Virus record (IMG/VR): IMGVR_UViG_3300046373_000059
Coordinates: 960-64,959 of that record
Reading direction: 5' to 3' (one strand)
From: a virus
Lineage: Duplodnaviria > Caudoviricetes
Length of the DNA stretch: 64,000 nucleotides
Both the position numbers and the translations under genes were made by a program. Shown one piece after another: positions 60,774 through 64,000 of the stretch. Each line of letters opens with the position of its first letter. The first letter of the stretch is position 1. The notes beneath the pieces were generated by a model that was not told where the DNA came from, did not search any database, and saw only the letters and a list, made by a program, of their open reading frames with translations.

Positions 60774-61648
60774 TTAGGAACGACCTTCATGAACTTGACC
60801 ACGTTGACGATCTTGGAGTCGTCGTCCACTTCCGTGATTTTGCGCAGTTCCGCCATGATCTTACCGAAGCGGCGCAAGCTTTTATCCAGCTCGGCATTCT
60901 TCGTGATTTCCTGGTTCAAGCGGGATTGCAGGCCGTTGGTCATGGCGATCTGCTTTGCCAGTTCGGCGCCAGCGTCGCCAGCTTCGAGCGACTTGCACTT
61001 GCGTTCCAGCTCGTCATAGCGGGCCTGGAGCTGTTCCAGTTCTTCGATTACATCGAAGTCGCCCAGGCTGTCGTCATCTTCGACGATGACCGGCGCTGGC
61101 TTGCGCGATGGCCGCTTGTCTTCGACGATGGCCGCAGGCTGCTGGTCGGCTGGCAGCGCCGCGATCTGCGCCGCATTACTGATCGACACTTCGCCATTCA
61201 ACACTGCCGCCTTCAGTTCCTTGGAGCCTTCGCGGGCTACCTTCGTCAAGTTCTGCGCCGTGCCGTGGCTGATGTCGAATGTCTCGGCTACCTCGCGCAC
61301 GCTGGGCGTACAATTCTGTACGCCTTCGCCGTTGACCATTTCCTCGTGCAGAAGGAACACGGCGGCCTTTTGTTTCGGCGTCAGGCTGCGACGCAGCATA
61401 TTGACGGAGCACACGTAGGCCCATGCGTCGCGGTCATCAGGAAGCTCTTCCGTAATGGGTTCGACGCCTGCCAAGAAGCAGGCGCGGTAGCGGTTCCAGC
61501 CGTCGAGAATTTGCCCGTTCGTGATGACGATAGGGACGTGTTGTCCGTTGGCCGCGATGTCAGCCGACAGCGCAGCGATTTCAGTGTCGCTCAGGTCGAA
61601 TTGCGCAAACAGCGCAGACAGGGGATGGCGTGTGAATTTAGCGTTCAT
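60770..61648 (-). CDS. ParB-N domain protein with HTH
   Basis: ILDGWNRYRAC, SVNMLRRSLT, GEVSISNA. Confidence 0.85.
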   Translation of the reverse strand: MNAKFTRHPLSALFAQFDLSDTEIAALSADIAANGQHVPIVITNGQILDGWNRYRACFLAGVEPITEELPDDRDAWAYVCSVNMLRRSLTPKQKAAVFLLHEEMVNGEGVQNCTPSVREVAETFDISHGTAQNLTKVAREGSKELKAAVLNGEVSISNAAQIAALPADQQPAAIVEDKRPSRKPAPVIVEDDDSLGDFDVIEELEQLQARYDELERKCKSLEAGDAGAELAKQIAMTNGLQSRLNQEITKNAELDKSLRRFGKIMAELRKITEVDDDSKIVNVVKFMKVVPK

Positions 61649-61656
61649 TGCGTGCC

Positions 61657-62094
61657 TTAGATGAAGGGTAATTCAAGTGCAAGGAATGCGTGGCACTGAG
61701 CCAGCAATTCTTCCTGCGTTCCATACTTCCGCTCGAAGCGGGCCTTGTAAGGATGTACCGCGACCCGGCCAGCAGGATCAGTATCGTCCTGCTGATGATG
61801 GGGGCCGCACAGCGGAAGCACAAGGCTATGGCATCCGGGTTTCGTGCGACCGTCGATGTGGTGAATGCTGACGTGAGGATTGAAGTTGCCGTCTTTCAGG
61901 CAAGCAATGCATCCCACTTCCTTGGCGAGCCGATCCCAAAAGGCCACATCATCTGCGGTCTTTGCAAGCTGCTTCGTCTTCATCTTCTTCGGGCGCTGGT
62001 CAGGCTTCAGCGGAATCTTGTCTTTGACCTTGCCCTTGATGAAGGCGCCCTGCTTCATGCGCTTCGTCGTTGTGCTGAAACCAGTGCGTTTCAT
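61657..62094 (-). CDS. ref: Ref-family RecA-dependent HNH nuclease
   Basis: Basic N-terminus; GCIAC...SIHHIDGRTKPGCH..VLPLC..HHQ. Confidence 0.85.
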   Translation of the reverse strand: MKRTGFSTTTKRMKQGAFIKGKVKDKIPLKPDQRPKKMKTKQLAKTADDVAFWDRLAKEVGCIACLKDGNFNPHVSIHHIDGRTKPGCHSLVLPLCGPHHQQDDTDPAGRVAVHPYKARFERKYGTQEELLAQCHAFLALELPFI

Positions 62095-62096
62095 GT

Positions 62097-62333
62097 TCAA
62101 GCTTTCACCGCCTTTCTGGCGCGCTGCTTCGTGCCGGTGGGCGTGATGCCGTGCTTCGCAGCAAGGTCGATCAGCCCCATCGCCGTCCTGAAGGTCGGCT
62201 GGATAGCGCCGCTCTTTTTGTTGGCGATAAAATGGATGTTCGGCTGAGTGCATCCGATGGCATCAGCAATTTGCTTTTGCGTAAGGCCGGATTCCATCAA
62301 AGCCACCACGATTTTGCTCAGGTCTGTTTTCAT
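62097..62333 (-). CDS. Cro-like HTH regulator
   Basis: GLTQKQIADAIGCTQPNI; first gene of the leftward replication operon. Confidence 0.85.
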   Translation of the reverse strand: MKTDLSKIVVALMESGLTQKQIADAIGCTQPNIHFIANKKSGAIQPTFRTAMGLIDLAAKHGITPTGTKQRARKAVKA

Positions 62334-62339
62334 GCGACC

Positions 62340-62368
62340 AATATAAAGTCCATTATCAATAGCGTCAA
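62340..62368 (-). promoter_or_regulatory. sigma70 promoter for the cro/replication operon
   Basis: TTGACG-17 nt-TATATT, 6 nt before ATG 62333. Confidence 0.8.
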
Positions 62369-62398
62369 TAGAGTGCATCTGCCAGCAGAAGCGCTCCC

Positions 62399-62426
62399 TT
62401 GTATTACAGATTAATCCATTTATAAT
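62399..62426 (+). promoter_or_regulatory. Divergent sigma70 promoter for the recombination operon
   Basis: TTGTAT-16 nt-TATAAT then GAGGT RBS. Confidence 0.7.
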
Positions 62427-62459
62427 ACGTAGCGTAAATCCACTCAACACGAGGTAATT

Positions 62460-62912
62460 TTGAAAGACCATCATGAGTTACAGGAAAAGACCGGGCGGTG
62501 TACACAGGGCATCGTGGCTGACAAAAGCAACAGTGGCTATTGCGCGAGCAAGGAAGCGTCGCCATTACAAGTCGGCAGCCATCAGCCTACAAGTTTTACG
62601 GAAAAGGTATTAGTCATTGGGCTGGTGAAGGCTTACCACGAAACGGCCATCCATAAAGATTTCGGCGGCCTGTTCGATCTGCGCACCATTTCATGTGATG
62701 GCAACAAGCACACTATCAAGGCCGCCTGTAAAGGGGTTGATTATATCCTGCACATGCGCAGCTTTTCTTCGCACTCGGTAAAAAAGCTGATCGAAATTTC
62801 CGGCGACAAAAGCAGGATCATCAATGTGGATGGTAGCGTCAGTAAGGCGCACGAAGCCCTTGTTGAACTTTACGAAAAATTAAGGAGCAAGCATGGCAGC
62901 CCAACAAAATAA
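62460..62912 (+). CDS. Protein with DUF2325-like alpha/beta domain
   Basis: GAGGT RBS with TTG start; KVLVIG...VDYILHMRSFSSHS. Confidence 0.6.
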   Translation: MKDHHELQEKTGRCTQGIVADKSNSGYCASKEASPLQVGSHQPTSFTEKVLVIGLVKAYHETAIHKDFGGLFDLRTISCDGNKHTIKAACKGVDYILHMRSFSSHSVKKLIEISGDKSRIINVDGSVSKAHEALVELYEKLRSKHGSPTK

Positions 62913-63894
62913 CCGCCAGCCGCAGACGCCTGAAGCCAAGGCTGCGCAGTGGGAAGTCATCGTCGCTGAAGTCGAGGAAGACTTCAACAAGATCGCCATC
63001 ATCGACAACCTCGTGCATTTCGAGCGCGAAGGCAAGTTCGCTGTGCAGATTATCAGCGCATCAGAATACCTGCCACGGTGCAGCACGGCGTCGATCCGCA
63101 ATGCAATCACGAACGTGGCGGCTGTCGGCCTGACGTTGAACCCGGCCATGAAGCTGGCCTATCTGGTGCCGCGTGATGGCCTGTGCTGCCTGGACATCAG
63201 CTACATCGGCCTGAAGAAGTTGGCGACGGACACTGGCAGCGTCCTGGACGCGGCTGCTGAAATCGTGCGGGCCAATGACAAGTTCGAGTACAACGGCCCA
63301 TACGCGCCGCCTACTCACAAGTTCGACCCATTCGACAGCGACGAACAGCGCGGCGAGATTCGCGGCGTGTATGTGTGGGCCAAGCTGCCAAACGGGATCG
63401 ACCGCATCGAAACCCTGGACATCGCTGAAATCAACAAGATCAAGGCGAAGTCGAAAGCGAAGACCGGGCCGTGGCAAGAGTGGTTCGAGGAAATGTGCAA
63501 GAAGGCCGCCATCAAGCGGGCCTCGAAATCCTGGCCGCGCACTGAGCGCCTGTCGGCTGCCGAGTCCATCTTGAACGAGCACGAAGGCAACGTCGATGTC
63601 ATCAGCAATCAGCGCATCAAGCGCGACAACGGCGCCGACATCGCCGGTCAGGTGCAGGCCGCAGCCGCTGAAGAAGCTGGCGCTGGCACGCCGGAAATGA
63701 ATGCCGTTAAGGCCACGCTGGAAGCCGCAGCGAAGAAGGGTCTGGACGTGTACAAGAAAGCCTGGATGGACATCACCAAGGCGCAGCGGCAAGCCTTGGC
63801 TGGCGACCACGAGCGCTGGAAAAAGATCGCCACGGATGCTGATGTCAGCGATGTGGAATTTGCCGACGTACCTTCAACCACAGGACTTCCATAA
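62893..63894 (+). CDS. recT: RecT/Redbeta-family single-strand annealing protein
   Basis: AAVGLTLNP..KLAYLVPR...ISYIGL...GPW..WFEEMCKKAAIKRASKSWP. Confidence 0.92.
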   Translation: MAAQQNNRQPQTPEAKAAQWEVIVAEVEEDFNKIAIIDNLVHFEREGKFAVQIISASEYLPRCSTASIRNAITNVAAVGLTLNPAMKLAYLVPRDGLCCLDISYIGLKKLATDTGSVLDAAAEIVRANDKFEYNGPYAPPTHKFDPFDSDEQRGEIRGVYVWAKLPNGIDRIETLDIAEINKIKAKSKAKTGPWQEWFEEMCKKAAIKRASKSWPRTERLSAAESILNEHEGNVDVISNQRIKRDNGADIAGQVQAAAAEEAGAGTPEMNAVKATLEAAAKKGLDVYKKAWMDITKAQRQALAGDHERWKKIATDADVSDVEFADVPSTTGLP

Positions 63895-64000
63895 TGAATA
63901 GCAATCTGATTATCTCCGCTTTCGCTCAGGGCACGGACGAGTGGAAACAAGACCGCGCCGGGCACGTCACTGGCAGCCGCATCCTGGATGTGATGCAAGT
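63894..64000 (+). CDS. YqaJ/lambda-exonuclease family protein (5' fragment)
   Basis: QGTDEW...RAGHVTGSRI directly after recT; truncated by the window edge. Confidence 0.8.
   Translation, partial: MNSNLIISAFAQGTDEWKQDRAGHVTGSRILDVMQ

Noticed and set aside
1-64000. Prophage with att sites or flanking host genes
   Set aside because: No integrase, att-like repeat or housekeeping gene was seen; the two ends (exo and ninB) belong to the same phage module, which fits a circularly permuted phage contig.

Overview
This window looks like a nearly complete, circularly permuted genome of a GC-rich dsDNA tailed phage with podovirus-like organisation; a betaproteobacterial host is inferred but not shown. 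Left to right it holds: ninB and small accessory genes (+, 1-3.8 kb); a lysis cassette (spanins, GH19 endolysin, holin); and a long minus-strand virion operon with a 2093-aa polyvalent protein (InPase, HExxH peptidase, HDxxGH domain, LPD38-like tail), ejection-type proteins, tail and adaptor proteins, a methyltransferase-like/GT9 glycosyltransferase fusion, major capsid protein, scaffold, portal and TerL. TerS lies 3.8 kb away from TerL. Next come about 0.9 kb of densely base-paired noncoding sequence (43.6-44.5 kb) and a + strand early operon of about 19 small genes (44.7-51.1 kb). That operon is punctuated by nine covarying copies of one structured element and ends in a small HTH gene. The rest is a detached fibre/decoration module, replication genes (primase, SF2 helicase, ParB-like, Ref nuclease, Cro-like), recT and the start of a lambda-type exonuclease. 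No integrase, CI repressor, tRNA or CRISPR array was seen. Best candidates for new biology: (1) the nine-copy stop-codon-anchored structured element that divides the early genes into cassettes; (2) the large structured RNA next to it; (3) three out-of-frame genes nested in linker regions of larger genes, two of them inside the polyvalent protein; (4) a heptosyltransferase-like gene within the head module. All family calls are from motif recognition by eye; no searches or folding programs were run.
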